Below, piece by piece: positions 18,196 through 26,923 of a DNA stretch of 64,000 nucleotides. The stretch comes from Bacteroidales bacterium. GTDB lineage: Bacteria; Bacteroidota; Bacteroidia; Bacteroidales; UBA3663. The stretch is from the NCBI GenBank assembly GCA_045600485.1, contig JAZRXX010000055.1, positions 7,293 through 71,292 of the forward strand, read 5' to 3'. A program made the position numbers and the translations under genes. The first letter of the stretch is position 1, and each line of letters starts with the position of its first letter. A model generated the notes under the pieces. The model had not been told where the DNA came from, searched no databases, and was given only the letters and a program-made list of their open reading frames with translations.

Positions 18196-20441
18196 TTCAC
18201 TCTCTCCACCTGCTTGACTCCTTTTATCTGGTTGATCTTCCTGATCAGGGAAGTGAGAGAGGAGAGATCCTGCACGACGACCGTGAGGTGGCCTTGGAAG
18301 AGTCCGCCCTCGGTGTCGATGTTGATGGCACGGAGCAGGGTGTCTTTCTCTTTGTTGATGACCGAAGAGATGTTCGACACAATGCCGATATCGTCCTGTC
18401 CGATGACACGAAGCGTGATGCTGTACTGACTGCCACTTTTGCCACTCCATCGGGCATTGACAATGCGATACGGATATTGTTCTCGCAGATTTCGGACGTT
18501 GATGCAATCGGCACGATGGATGCGAATGCCGCCATTGATGCTCACGAAACCGACAACTTCATCGCCATAAATCGGATGACAGCATCCGGCAAGACTGTAG
18601 TCCAATCCTTTCAGGTCTTTGTCGATCACCAGTACATCACCGTTGCCGCCATGCTCTTTGTTGTTGGCTTGGGCCTGTGCGATGCGCAAATCAAACTCTC
18701 CGGCACTATGAGACTCGATTTCCCCCTGAATGGTTGGCGTCTGCATGGCGTCGTAAGTCTTCAGCACGTCGTCAACATCGATTTCGTTCAAGGCCAAAGC
18801 GTGGAAGAACTGTGTCTGCGTCTTGAATCCCAAGCGCAAGATGATTTTCGAGAGTTCTCCCTCTTCCATGTCAATCTTGCGGTTCTTGAAACGACGTTGA
18901 AGCAGCTCTTTGCCAGCCTCTGCCTCTCGGTTTTCGATTTCCTTCAATCCTTGACGGATACGGTTCTTGGCTTTGGTGGTCTGAACGATGTTCAACCAGT
19001 CAATCTTTGGAGTCTGCTGGGGCGAGGTCAAAATCTCAACCTGATCTCCACTATGCAGTTGGTAATTGATCTTGACGTTGCGGTTGCCGACTTTGGCTCC
19101 GACGCAGGAGTTGCCTAACTTCGAATGGATCTGGAATGCAAGGTCCAGTACTGTGGCACCTTTGGGCAACTTGAAGACATCGCCACGTGGGGTAAACACG
19201 AAAATTTCCTCCTGATAGAGTCCTAACGAGAGATCTTTCATCATCTCGTCGGGCGAGGTGTTGTGTTCGAGGATGTCACGGATCGAAGCCATCACCTGAT
19301 CCACAGCACCCTGGCTCTTGATGCCTTTGTATAGCCAGTGAGCAGCCAGACCACGTTCGGCAATGTCGTCCATTCGCTTGGTACGGATCTGTACCTCCAC
19401 CCATTTCTTGTCCGGACCGGCCACGGTGATGTGAAGCGACTCGTAACCGTTCGATTTCGGGATCGATAGCCAATCCTTCAGTCGTTTTGGGTTCGGCTGA
19501 TACATGTCGGTCACAATGCTGTATGCCTGCCAGCAGTCGGCTTTCTCTTTGCTTTGGTCTGGTTCGTCGATGATGATGCGGATGGCGAACAGATCATAGA
19601 TCTTATCGACCGAAGTCTGCTGTGCCTGGAGTTTGTGGTGGATGGAACTGATGCTCTTGGTACGTCCCTTCAGGTGGAAGTTCAGATGAGTAGATTCGCG
19701 CAGTCGTTTTTCCAATGGCTCGATGAATGCCTTCATGTAGGCATCGCGAGCAGCCTTGGTCTGTTGCAATTGTCGGGCAATGCTGTCGAACGACTCTCGG
19801 TCCTCGTATTTGAGCGTCATGTCTTCCAGTTCGCGCTTGATCGAATAGAGACCCAATCGGTGCGACATTGGAGTATAGAGCAGTCGGCAGGTTTCGGTGA
19901 CGCGATGACGATACTCTTTGTCCGGATTGTGATTCAGCAACTGCATCAGCACGTAACGGTTGGCAATCAGACAGATGACAACACGGATGTCTTCCGCCAT
20001 CGAGAGCAGGAGTTTGCGGAAGTTTTCGTCCTCCAGACTGTCGTGCTGGTCATACATCTGCATTACTCGGCTCATACATTCGATGAGGTGCGTCGTATCT
20101 TCGCCAAAGCAGGTGTGGACCTCATTCCTGGAGATGATGTCTTTGGCGGCAAGAGGATAAAGCAGCACGGTAAGCATAGAGGCCTGACGCAAGCCTGCAT
20201 CCTGGTTTACACTTCGGCAAGCCATGAGCGAGAGCAATAATTGGCTGACACCATGTTCGTCGCGACCGAAAGCTCCGGCACGTATGCCTTGATGCACAAA
20301 ACTTCGCAGGTCCTTCTGCTCTTGTGTCGAGAAGAGGGATCTGGCCTCGTGGTACAAATATGACACCACGCTTTGAAGCTGTTTTTGTTCTTCGAGAGTA
20401 AAGTTCTCTTTGTAGCCTGTCATTACGGATCTTTTTGCCAA
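18192..20441 (-). CDS. Bifunctional RelA/SpoT-family (p)ppGpp synthetase/hydrolase (RSH)
   Basis: It has an N-terminal HD region and a synthetase region (DLFAIRIIID..., YESLHITV, VEVQIRTKRMDDIAERGLAAHWLYK). It also has a TGS-like segment (IFVFTPRGDVFKLPKGATVLDLAFQIH) and a C-terminal ACT-like segment. Confidence 0.95.
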   Translation of the reverse strand: MAKRSVMTGYKENFTLEEQKQLQSVVSYLYHEARSLFSTQEQKDLRSFVHQGIRAGAFGRDEHGVSQLLLSLMACRSVNQDAGLRQASMLTVLLYPLAAKDIISRNEVHTCFGEDTTHLIECMSRVMQMYDQHDSLEDENFRKLLLSMAEDIRVVICLIANRYVLMQLLNHNPDKEYRHRVTETCRLLYTPMSHRLGLYSIKRELEDMTLKYEDRESFDSIARQLQQTKAARDAYMKAFIEPLEKRLRESTHLNFHLKGRTKSISSIHHKLQAQQTSVDKIYDLFAIRIIIDEPDQSKEKADCWQAYSIVTDMYQPNPKRLKDWLSIPKSNGYESLHITVAGPDKKWVEVQIRTKRMDDIAERGLAAHWLYKGIKSQGAVDQVMASIRDILEHNTSPDEMMKDLSLGLYQEEIFVFTPRGDVFKLPKGATVLDLAFQIHSKLGNSCVGAKVGNRNVKINYQLHSGDQVEILTSPQQTPKIDWLNIVQTTKAKNRIRQGLKEIENREAEAGKELLQRRFKNRKIDMEEGELSKIILRLGFKTQTQFFHALALNEIDVDDVLKTYDAMQTPTIQGEIESHSAGEFDLRIAQAQANNKEHGGNGDVLVIDKDLKGLDYSLAGCCHPIYGDEVVGFVSINGGIRIHRADCINVRNLREQYPYRIVNARWSGKSGSQYSITLRVIGQDDIGIVSNISSVINKEKDTLLRAINIDTEGGLFQGHLTVVVQDLSSLTSLIRKINQIKGVKQVERVN

Positions 20442-20481
20442 ATTTAGCCCAAGTTTTTGGGTTTCGCATCAAAAAACAGGG

Positions 20482-20489
20482 CAAAAGTA
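20482..20489 (-). promoter_or_regulatory. -7 box (TACTTTTG on the minus strand) for the RelA/SpoT gene
   Basis: Plus-strand caaaagta lies 41 nt upstream of the ATG at 20441. An upstream TTTTTGATGCG supplies a TTTG -33 candidate. Confidence 0.5.
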
Positions 20490-20532
20490 CAAAAAAAATA
20501 GATGCGATGGTACAACATATCGAAAAAAACTG

Positions 20533-20540
20533 TACTTTTG
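20533..20540 (+). promoter_or_regulatory. -7 box (TACTTTTG) for the DUF4301-like gene
   Basis: It matches TAnnTTTG and lies 66 nt upstream of the ATG at 20606, divergent from the relA promoter. Confidence 0.5.
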
Positions 20541-20605
20541 GGGCAAATTTTACAGTAATCTTGAAAAATTATACTTAATTCATACACATTTTTAAATTAT
20601 TTACT

Positions 20606-22129
20606 ATGTTCACACAAGAAGATCTTGAAGTGCTGGCAAAGCATGGTATCTCGGTCGAGAAAGCGCAAAGCCAGTTGGATTCGTTTGCGACAGGTTTTCC
20701 TTTTCTGACGCTTAAATGTGCTTCGTCCCTCTCGTATGGCATTATGGGAATCGATGAAGATAAGGCTGTTTATTATCGTGACCTCTGGAACAAGTACCTT
20801 GCAACCAATAAGACCATTTTGAAGTTTGTTCCTGCGTCTGGCGCTGCCAGCCGTATGTTCAAGAATATGTTTGAATTCCTCTCGGCTGATTATGATGTGC
20901 CTACAACCGATTTCGAGAAGAAGTTCTTTGAGGAGATCGGAAACTTCGCTTTTGTAAAGGAGTTGGATGCAGCTTGTCAGAAGAACGAGGGTGACGGTAT
21001 TGTTGCCTTGTTGAAGGCTGGTAAGTATAAGGCTATTGTTGAGAATCTCCTTTTGCCAAAGGGCTTGAACTATGGTCAGTTGCCAAAGGGCCTGCTTTCA
21101 TTCCATCGTTCGGGCGATGGTTCTGTCCGTAAGGCTTTCGAGGAGCATCTTGTTGAGGGTGCACTTTATGCTGCCAATGGCGAGGGTAAGGTAAATCTTC
21201 ATTTCACGGTCAGCCCTGAGCATCTGCCTTTGTTCGAATCGTTGGTCGAGGAGAAGACTCCAATCTACGAAAAGAAATATGGCGTCAAGTATAACATCTC
21301 ATTCTCTGTACAGAAGGCATCGACCGATACATTGGCCGCCAATGCCGATAATACACCATTCCGAGATGAGAAGGGACAGCTTTTGTTCCGTCCAGGAGGT
21401 CATGGCGCATTGATCGAGAACCTCAATGAACAGGAGGCTGATGTTATCTTCGTCAAGAACATCGATAATGTTGTGCCTGATTCGCTCAAGCCAACTACTG
21501 TCAAGTATAAACAGATTATCGGTGGTGTGCTTGTCAGCCTGCAGCAGAAGATCTTCAGCTATCTCCAGCTGCTCGAGTCGGGCAAGTATGGTCATGAGCA
21601 GTTGATCGATATGCTCTATTTCCTGCAGCAGAGTCTCTATATAAAGAATCCGGAGACCAAGCAGCTCGACGACACAGAGTTGGCCATCTATATCAAGACC
21701 AAATTGAACCGACCATTGCGTGTTTGCGGTATGGTAAAGAATGCAGGTGAGCCTGGTGGTGGTCCTTTCGTGGCACAGAGTCCAGATGGTACTTTCCAGG
21801 ATCAGATTCTCGAGTCTTCGCAGATTGATATGAACAATCCAGAGGCTGTGGCAATGTTCAAGCAAGGCAGCCACTTTAATCCGGTAGATCTGGTTTGTGC
21901 CGTGCGCGACAAGTCTGGTCATTCGTTCAACCTCCTCAAGCATGTTGATCCAATGACGGGCTTTATCTCTAGCAAATCAAAGAATGGCAAGGAGTTGAAG
22001 GCTCTCGAGCTTCCTGGTCTCTGGAACGGTGCTATGTCTGATTGGAATACAGTCTTTGTTGAGGTCCCTATGGAAACCTTCAATCCTGTCAAGACCGTCA
22101 ACGATCTCCTTCGTGCAAGTCATCAATAA
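20606..22129 (+). CDS. DUF4301-family protein (nucleotidyltransferase-like fold, function unknown)
   Basis: It has MFTQEDLEVLAKHGISVEKAQSQLDSFATGFPFLTL and FVPASGAASRMFK. The ~507-aa length and these motifs match my recollection of DUF4301 proteins of Bacteroidota. Confidence 0.7.
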   Translation: MFTQEDLEVLAKHGISVEKAQSQLDSFATGFPFLTLKCASSLSYGIMGIDEDKAVYYRDLWNKYLATNKTILKFVPASGAASRMFKNMFEFLSADYDVPTTDFEKKFFEEIGNFAFVKELDAACQKNEGDGIVALLKAGKYKAIVENLLLPKGLNYGQLPKGLLSFHRSGDGSVRKAFEEHLVEGALYAANGEGKVNLHFTVSPEHLPLFESLVEEKTPIYEKKYGVKYNISFSVQKASTDTLAANADNTPFRDEKGQLLFRPGGHGALIENLNEQEADVIFVKNIDNVVPDSLKPTTVKYKQIIGGVLVSLQQKIFSYLQLLESGKYGHEQLIDMLYFLQQSLYIKNPETKQLDDTELAIYIKTKLNRPLRVCGMVKNAGEPGGGPFVAQSPDGTFQDQILESSQIDMNNPEAVAMFKQGSHFNPVDLVCAVRDKSGHSFNLLKHVDPMTGFISSKSKNGKELKALELPGLWNGAMSDWNTVFVEVPMETFNPVKTVNDLLRASHQ

Positions 22130-22138
22130 CGGTTTTGT

Positions 22139-23410
22139 ATGAATATGAAATTCCGCCTCATCATCATGAACCTTCTGGAGTTCGCGGTGTGGGGATCTTA
22201 TTTGACTTCGATGGGTGCCTATCTGGCCAATTGCAATTTGGCGACAGATATCGGTAACTATTATGCCTTGCAGGGTATTGTCTCGATTTTTATGCCAGCA
22301 CTCATGGGTATCGTGGCAGACCGCTGGATTCCAGCACAGCGCCTCCTGTCCATGTGCCATTTCTTGGCTGCTGTTTTCATGTTGATTGCCTCCTATATCG
22401 GCTTGACTGCAGGCCCTGAAGGGGTAAATGGAGCTGCATTGTTCGGCGCTTATGCCATGAGTGTTGCCTTCTATATGCCAACTCTCGCCTTGAGCAATTC
22501 GGTTGCCTACAATGCTTTGGATAAGGCTGGATTGGATACGGTCAAGGCATTTCCTCCTATCCGAGTGTTCGGAACGGTCGGTTTCCTTTGTGCCATGTGG
22601 TTGGTCGATCTGGCTGGCTGGCAGAATACTCCAGTTCAGTTTGTCGAGTCTGGTGTCTTCGGATTGCTGATGGCTGCCTACTCTTGGTTCATGCCTGATT
22701 GTCCGTTGAACAAGGGTGAGGGCAAATCGTTGGTCGAGGCTTTGGGTCTCAAGGCCTTCGCGTTGTTCAAGCAGAAGCGTATGGCGTTGTTCTTCATTTT
22801 CTCGTTCATGCTGGGCGTTTCGTTGCAGATTACCAATGGCTATGCCAATCCGTACATTCAGTCGTTCGGTGATATGGAGGCTTACAAAGGACTCTTCTTT
22901 GTTGAGCATAGCAACTTGCTTGTTTCTTTGTCGCAGATCAGCGAGACACTCTGCATTCTTCTGATTCCATTCTTCCTGAAGCGTTATGGTATCAAGATTG
23001 TGATGCTGATTGCCATGTTGGCGTGGGTGGGCCGTTTCGGCTTCTTCGGTTGTGGCGATCCGGGCAATGGCGTATGGCTTTTTATCCTTTCGTGCATTGT
23101 CTATGGTGTGGCTTTCGACTTCTTCAACATTTCAGGCTCACTCTTTGTCGATAAGGAGACGGATCTTTCTATCCGTTCGTCGGCACAGGGACTGTTTATG
23201 CTGATGACCAACGGTCTGGGTGCTACAGCCGGTTCGTTTGCAGCTAAGGCTGTGTTCAACAGTTATGTCTTTGCCGATGGTCTTGATGCTATTCAGCAGA
23301 ATGAGGGTTGGCGTACCTCCTGGTATATCTTTGCTGGCTATGCATTGGCGGTCGCTGTTGCTTTTGCTGTCTTGTTCCAATACAAGCATCAAGAAACTGA
23401 TAATCGATAA
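22139..23410 (+). CDS. MFS transporter of the nucleoside:H+ symporter (NupG/XapB-like) type
   Basis: It has about 12 hydrophobic helices and an N-terminus (MKFRLIIMNLLEFAVWGSYLTSMGAYL) typical of NupG-like permeases. Confidence 0.7.
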   Translation: MNMKFRLIIMNLLEFAVWGSYLTSMGAYLANCNLATDIGNYYALQGIVSIFMPALMGIVADRWIPAQRLLSMCHFLAAVFMLIASYIGLTAGPEGVNGAALFGAYAMSVAFYMPTLALSNSVAYNALDKAGLDTVKAFPPIRVFGTVGFLCAMWLVDLAGWQNTPVQFVESGVFGLLMAAYSWFMPDCPLNKGEGKSLVEALGLKAFALFKQKRMALFFIFSFMLGVSLQITNGYANPYIQSFGDMEAYKGLFFVEHSNLLVSLSQISETLCILLIPFFLKRYGIKIVMLIAMLAWVGRFGFFGCGDPGNGVWLFILSCIVYGVAFDFFNISGSLFVDKETDLSIRSSAQGLFMLMTNGLGATAGSFAAKAVFNSYVFADGLDAIQQNEGWRTSWYIFAGYALAVAVAFAVLFQYKHQETDNR

Positions 23411-23527
23411 CCGATGGTCGATAGTCGATAACCGATAATCGATGGTCGATAATCGATAGTCGATAACCGTAAATCGTCAATCGGCAATCGTTAATCGTTA
23501 ATCGTTAACCGTAAATCGTTAACCGGA
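23396..23527. repeat. About 18 tandem heptamers, each starting with CG (cgataat, cgataac, cgatggt, cgatagt ... cgttaat, cgttaac)
   Basis: The strict 7-bp phasing is read directly from the sequence. The array starts inside the last codons of the permease gene (..ETDNR*) and ends 5 nt before the rsmE ATG. Confidence 0.9.
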
Positions 23528-23531
23528 CTTT

Positions 23532-24239
23532 ATGATAATATTCTATTGTGAAAATATCCAGTCGTGTCCTGAACTCTCGGAAGAGGATTCAGGACATGCT
23601 GTTCGTGTGCTTCGACACGTTGAGGGCGATCAGATCACCGTGGTCGATGGCCAGGGTACTTTCTATCGTTGTGCCATCACGGCAGCCCATCCTAAACATT
23701 GTGGGTTGCAGATTCTTTCGGTTGAGGAGGAGAAACATTGGCCCTATGGCGTCGAGTTGGCAGTAGCTCCTACCAAGAACCTGGACCGTATGGAATGGTG
23801 GCTTGAGAAGGCAACGGAGATGGGATTGGATCGCTTCGTTCCGCTCAAGTGTCGCTTTTCGGAACGAAAGGAACTCAAGACCGAACGAATGCGTAAGATT
23901 GCTGTTTCGGCCATGAAGCAGAGCTTGAAGGCAACGCTGCCTGTCATCGAAGAGATGACTGATATCAAGTCGTTCCTCAAGGAGCCGTTCGATGGACAGA
24001 AGTTCATTGCCCATTGTATGGACGATCAGCCCCGAAAGCTATTATCGCACGAAGTGAAACCCGGTTTGGCAGTTCGTGTGTTGATTGGACCAGAGGGAGA
24101 CTTCAGTCCCGAAGAGGTGGAGCTGGCATTGGCCAATGGCTACGTTCCTGTCAGCTTGGGCGACCAACGACTCCGTACAGAGACCGCTGCGCTCGCATCA
24201 GTTCATACAATTCACATAATTAATGAGTTGAAAATGTAA
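23532..24239 (+). CDS. rsmE: 16S rRNA (uracil1498-N3)-methyltransferase
   Basis: It is 235 aa, has a PUA-like N-terminus (HAVRVLRHVEGDQITVVDGQG) and the C-terminal motif LIGPEGDFSPEEVELA. Confidence 0.9.
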   Translation: MIIFYCENIQSCPELSEEDSGHAVRVLRHVEGDQITVVDGQGTFYRCAITAAHPKHCGLQILSVEEEKHWPYGVELAVAPTKNLDRMEWWLEKATEMGLDRFVPLKCRFSERKELKTERMRKIAVSAMKQSLKATLPVIEEMTDIKSFLKEPFDGQKFIAHCMDDQPRKLLSHEVKPGLAVRVLIGPEGDFSPEEVELALANGYVPVSLGDQRLRTETAALASVHTIHIINELKM

Positions 24240-24332
24240 GGTAGAGGTTGAAAATTAGTTCGATTCTTTCGAAAATAGGCAAGAATCTTAACTTTTAACT
24301 AATAACTTATAACTTTTAACTCAAAAAATATC

Positions 24333-24340
24333 TATCTTTG
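24333..24340 (+). promoter_or_regulatory. -7 box (TATCTTTG) upstream of rplU-rpmA
   Basis: It matches TAnnTTTG and leaves a ~90-nt leader before rplU. Confidence 0.5.
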
Positions 24341-24431
24341 CGCGCTGATTCCGAGTTGAGGCTCCATAAAGCAATACCCGATGTTTGGGGATTCGCCTCG
24401 CGGAGAAACTATTAAAAGTTTTATAGAACAA

Positions 24432-24749
24432 ATGTTCGCAATTGTAGAGATTCAGGGCCAGCAGTTCGCTGTTGAGCCAGATCAGAAGATCTGCGTTCTT
24501 AACATCGCAGATGCAAAGGTTGGTGACGAGCTCACTTTCGACAAGGTGCTCCTCGTAAACAACGACGGTGCTATCACCGTAGGTACTCCAGTTGTTGCTG
24601 GTGCTAAGGTAGTAGCAGAGGTATCTCAGGTAGAGGTACGCGGTAAGAAGATTAAGGTGTTCCACAAGATCCGTCGTAAGGGCTTCGACAAGCTCGTCGG
24701 TTCACGTCAGCACTTTACCGAGGTGTTAATTAAGTCTATTGTTGCATAA
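24432..24749 (+). CDS. rplU: 50S ribosomal protein L21
   Basis: It reads MFAIVEIQGQQFAVEPDQKI...KIKVFHKIRRKGFDKLVGSRQHFTEV. The ORF is open from 24381 but the L21 alignment starts at 24432. Confidence 0.95.
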   Translation: MFAIVEIQGQQFAVEPDQKICVLNIADAKVGDELTFDKVLLVNNDGAITVGTPVVAGAKVVAEVSQVEVRGKKIKVFHKIRRKGFDKLVGSRQHFTEVLIKSIVA

Positions 24750-24791
24750 CCAAGCGTTTTCGCTTAATTAAAAGAAAGGAAAGAAAGCACT

Positions 24792-25049
24792 ATGGCACAC
24801 AAGAAAGGTGTAGGTAGTTCTAAGAACGGCCGTGAGTCTCATTCAAAGCGACTCGGTGTTAAGAAGTTCGGTGGCGAAATCGTTAAGGCTGGCAACATCC
24901 TCGTTCGTCAGCGTGGTACCAAGCACAACCCAGGTCTCAACGTAGGTCTCGGTAAGGATGATACCCTTTTCGCTCTCATCGACGGTAAGGTTGTTTTCAC
25001 CCGCAAGCGTGAGAACAAGTCTTATGTTTCAGTTGAGCCATTGTCATAA
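24792..25049 (+). CDS. rpmA: 50S ribosomal protein L27
   Basis: It reads [28 protein letters not shown]...[13 protein letters not shown]. Confidence 0.97.
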   Translation: MAHKKGVGSSKNGRESHSKRLGVKKFGGEIVKAGNILVRQRGTKHNPGLNVGLGKDDTLFALIDGKVVFTRKRENKSYVSVEPLS

Positions 25050-25054
25050 ATAGA

Positions 25055-25088
25055 CCTTCCCCCGGCCCCTCCCGTAAAGGGCGGGGAG
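25055..25088. repeat. GC-rich CCCCTCCC/GGGnGGGG hairpin element, copy 1
   Basis: The sequence ccttcccccggcccctcccgtaaagggcggggag lies directly after the rpmA stop. It is related to the copies at 25227, 53551 and 63246. Confidence 0.65.
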
Positions 25089-25226
25089 TGTTTACTATTA
25101 TGACTCTTGATTGAAAGAGAATTTATAGGGACAATGGGCATCTGTTTTTCAGTTGTCTGTTGTCCTTTTAATTTTTTTCATACTTATTCCGTTACCATCT
25201 CGCGGGAAGTAATATCATTTGATATT

Positions 25227-25263
25227 TCTCCCTCCTTTTTAGGGGAGGGTTGGGGTGGGTCTC
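25227..25263. repeat. GC-rich hairpin element, copy 2 (cctccc-ttttta-ggggaggg plus ttggggtgggtc tail)
   Basis: The sequence is tctccctcctttttaggggagggttggggtgggtctc. It creates the spurious N-terminal extension MGWVS of the serS ORF. Confidence 0.7.
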
Positions 25264-25264
25264 T

Positions 25265-26593
25265 ATGTTAACATTGAAATTGATTACCGAGCAGTACGAT
25301 CGTGTTATTGCCGGTTTGAATAAGAAGCATTTCAAGGATGCAAAGGAGGCTATTGATGCCGTGATCGCTAAGGATCAGGAGCGCAAGGCTACTCAGCAGA
25401 AACTCGACGATACTTTGGCAAAGAGCAATCAGCTCGCTAAGGCTATCGGTGGTCTCATGAAAGAGGGCAAGAAGGAGGAGGCTGAGGTTGCTAAGGCTGA
25501 AGTTGCTGCCTTGAAGGCTGCCAGCAAGGAACTTGACGACAAGAAGGTTGCTCTTGAGGAAGAAATCGTCAAGATGCTTTGCCAGATTCCTAATATCCCT
25601 TACGATGAGGTACCTGAAGGTTCTTGTGCAGAGGATAACTGGGTTGTTAAGTCCAATCTCAAGGAGTGCGTGCTCGGCAAGGATACCGTTGGCAATTGGG
25701 ATGCAAATCCAGATGCACAGTACCCTGATGCCAAGCTTCCTCACTGGGAGTTGGCCAAGAATCTCAACTTGATTGATTTCGATCTTGGTGTCAAGATTAC
25801 TGGTGCAGGTTTCCCTGTATATCGTGGTTTGGGTGCTCGTCTGCAGCGTGCCCTCATCAACTTCTTCCTCGCCGAGGCAAGCAAGGCTGGCTACGAAGAG
25901 ATCATGCCACCTACAGTCGTAAATCAGGCTTCTGGTTATGGCACTGGTCAGTTGCCAGACAAGGAGGGACAGATGTACCACTGCGAGGTCGATGACTTCT
26001 ATCTCATCCCAACAGCCGAGGTACCTGTTACCAATATCTATCGTGATGTAATCATCGACGAGAAGGATCTGCCTATCAAGAACTGCGCCTACACCCAGTG
26101 TTTCCGTCGTGAGGCTGGTAGCTATGGCAAGGATGTTCGTGGCTTGAATCGTCTGCATGAGTTCTCGAAGATTGAGATCGTTCGTATCGATACTCCTGAG
26201 CATTCTGCCGAGAGCCACAAGGAGATGCTTGCTCATGTTGAGGGTCTTCTTCAGAAGCTTGGTCTTCCATATCGTATCCTCCGTCTCTGTGGTGGTGACC
26301 AGTCATTCACATCTGCTATCTGCTATGACTTCGAGGTTTATTCAGCAGCACAGAATCGTTGGTTGGAGGTTTCTTCAGTATCTAACTTCGATACCTATCA
26401 GGCTAACCGCTTGAAGTGCCGCTACCGCAAGGCTGCCGACAAGAAGATCGAACTCTGCCACACCCTCAATGGTTCTGCTCTTGCTTTGCCACGCATCGTT
26501 GCTTCTATTATGGAGAACTATCAGCAGGCAGATGGCAGCATCAAGGTTCCAGAGGCACTCGTTCCTTACATGGGCGTTGATGTCATCAAGTAA
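25265..26593 (+). CDS. serS: Seryl-tRNA synthetase
   Basis: It has an N-terminal coiled-coil arm (MLTLKLITEQYDRV...) and class II motifs (FRREAGSYGKDVRGLNRLHEFSKIE, TLNGSALALPR). Confidence 0.96.
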   Translation: MLTLKLITEQYDRVIAGLNKKHFKDAKEAIDAVIAKDQERKATQQKLDDTLAKSNQLAKAIGGLMKEGKKEEAEVAKAEVAALKAASKELDDKKVALEEEIVKMLCQIPNIPYDEVPEGSCAEDNWVVKSNLKECVLGKDTVGNWDANPDAQYPDAKLPHWELAKNLNLIDFDLGVKITGAGFPVYRGLGARLQRALINFFLAEASKAGYEEIMPPTVVNQASGYGTGQLPDKEGQMYHCEVDDFYLIPTAEVPVTNIYRDVIIDEKDLPIKNCAYTQCFRREAGSYGKDVRGLNRLHEFSKIEIVRIDTPEHSAESHKEMLAHVEGLLQKLGLPYRILRLCGGDQSFTSAICYDFEVYSAAQNRWLEVSSVSNFDTYQANRLKCRYRKAADKKIELCHTLNGSALALPRIVASIMENYQQADGSIKVPEALVPYMGVDVIK

Positions 26594-26623
26594 GTTTGTG
26601 CAATAGATATTCCCATTACGATT

Positions 26624-26818
26624 ATGGAACAGAAAAAGCTTACTCGTCCAGTTGCCGGCAGAACATTGTGCGGGGTATGTGCAGGTTTTGCCAAATATCT
26701 CAACGTTGACGTAACCATCGTTCGTTTGCTTTTCGCTATTGGTTCCTTATTGACAGCTATTGTCACAGGACTTATCATTTATCTGTTATGTGTCTTGATT
26801 ATGCCAGAAGAGGCATAA
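26624..26818 (+). CDS. PspC-domain small membrane protein
   Basis: It has LTRPVAGRTLCGVCAGFAKYLNVDVTIVRLLF followed by one TM helix. Confidence 0.8.
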   Translation: MEQKKLTRPVAGRTLCGVCAGFAKYLNVDVTIVRLLFAIGSLLTAIVTGLIIYLLCVLIMPEEA

Positions 26819-26860
26819 CGTGATAACTGTTTGCGTATAGAGAATAATATATTATAAAGA

Positions 26861-26903
26861 AAAAGAGAATTGCTGGATTGTCCAGCAATTCTCTTTTTCT
26901 TTG
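26861..26903. terminator. Bidirectional intrinsic terminator between convergent genes
   Basis: The perfect stem aaaaagagaattgctgga / tccagcaattctcttttt has a 3-nt loop and is flanked by an A-run and a T-run. Confidence 0.85.
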
Positions 26904-26923
26904 GTTTGTATTGTGATTGCGCC

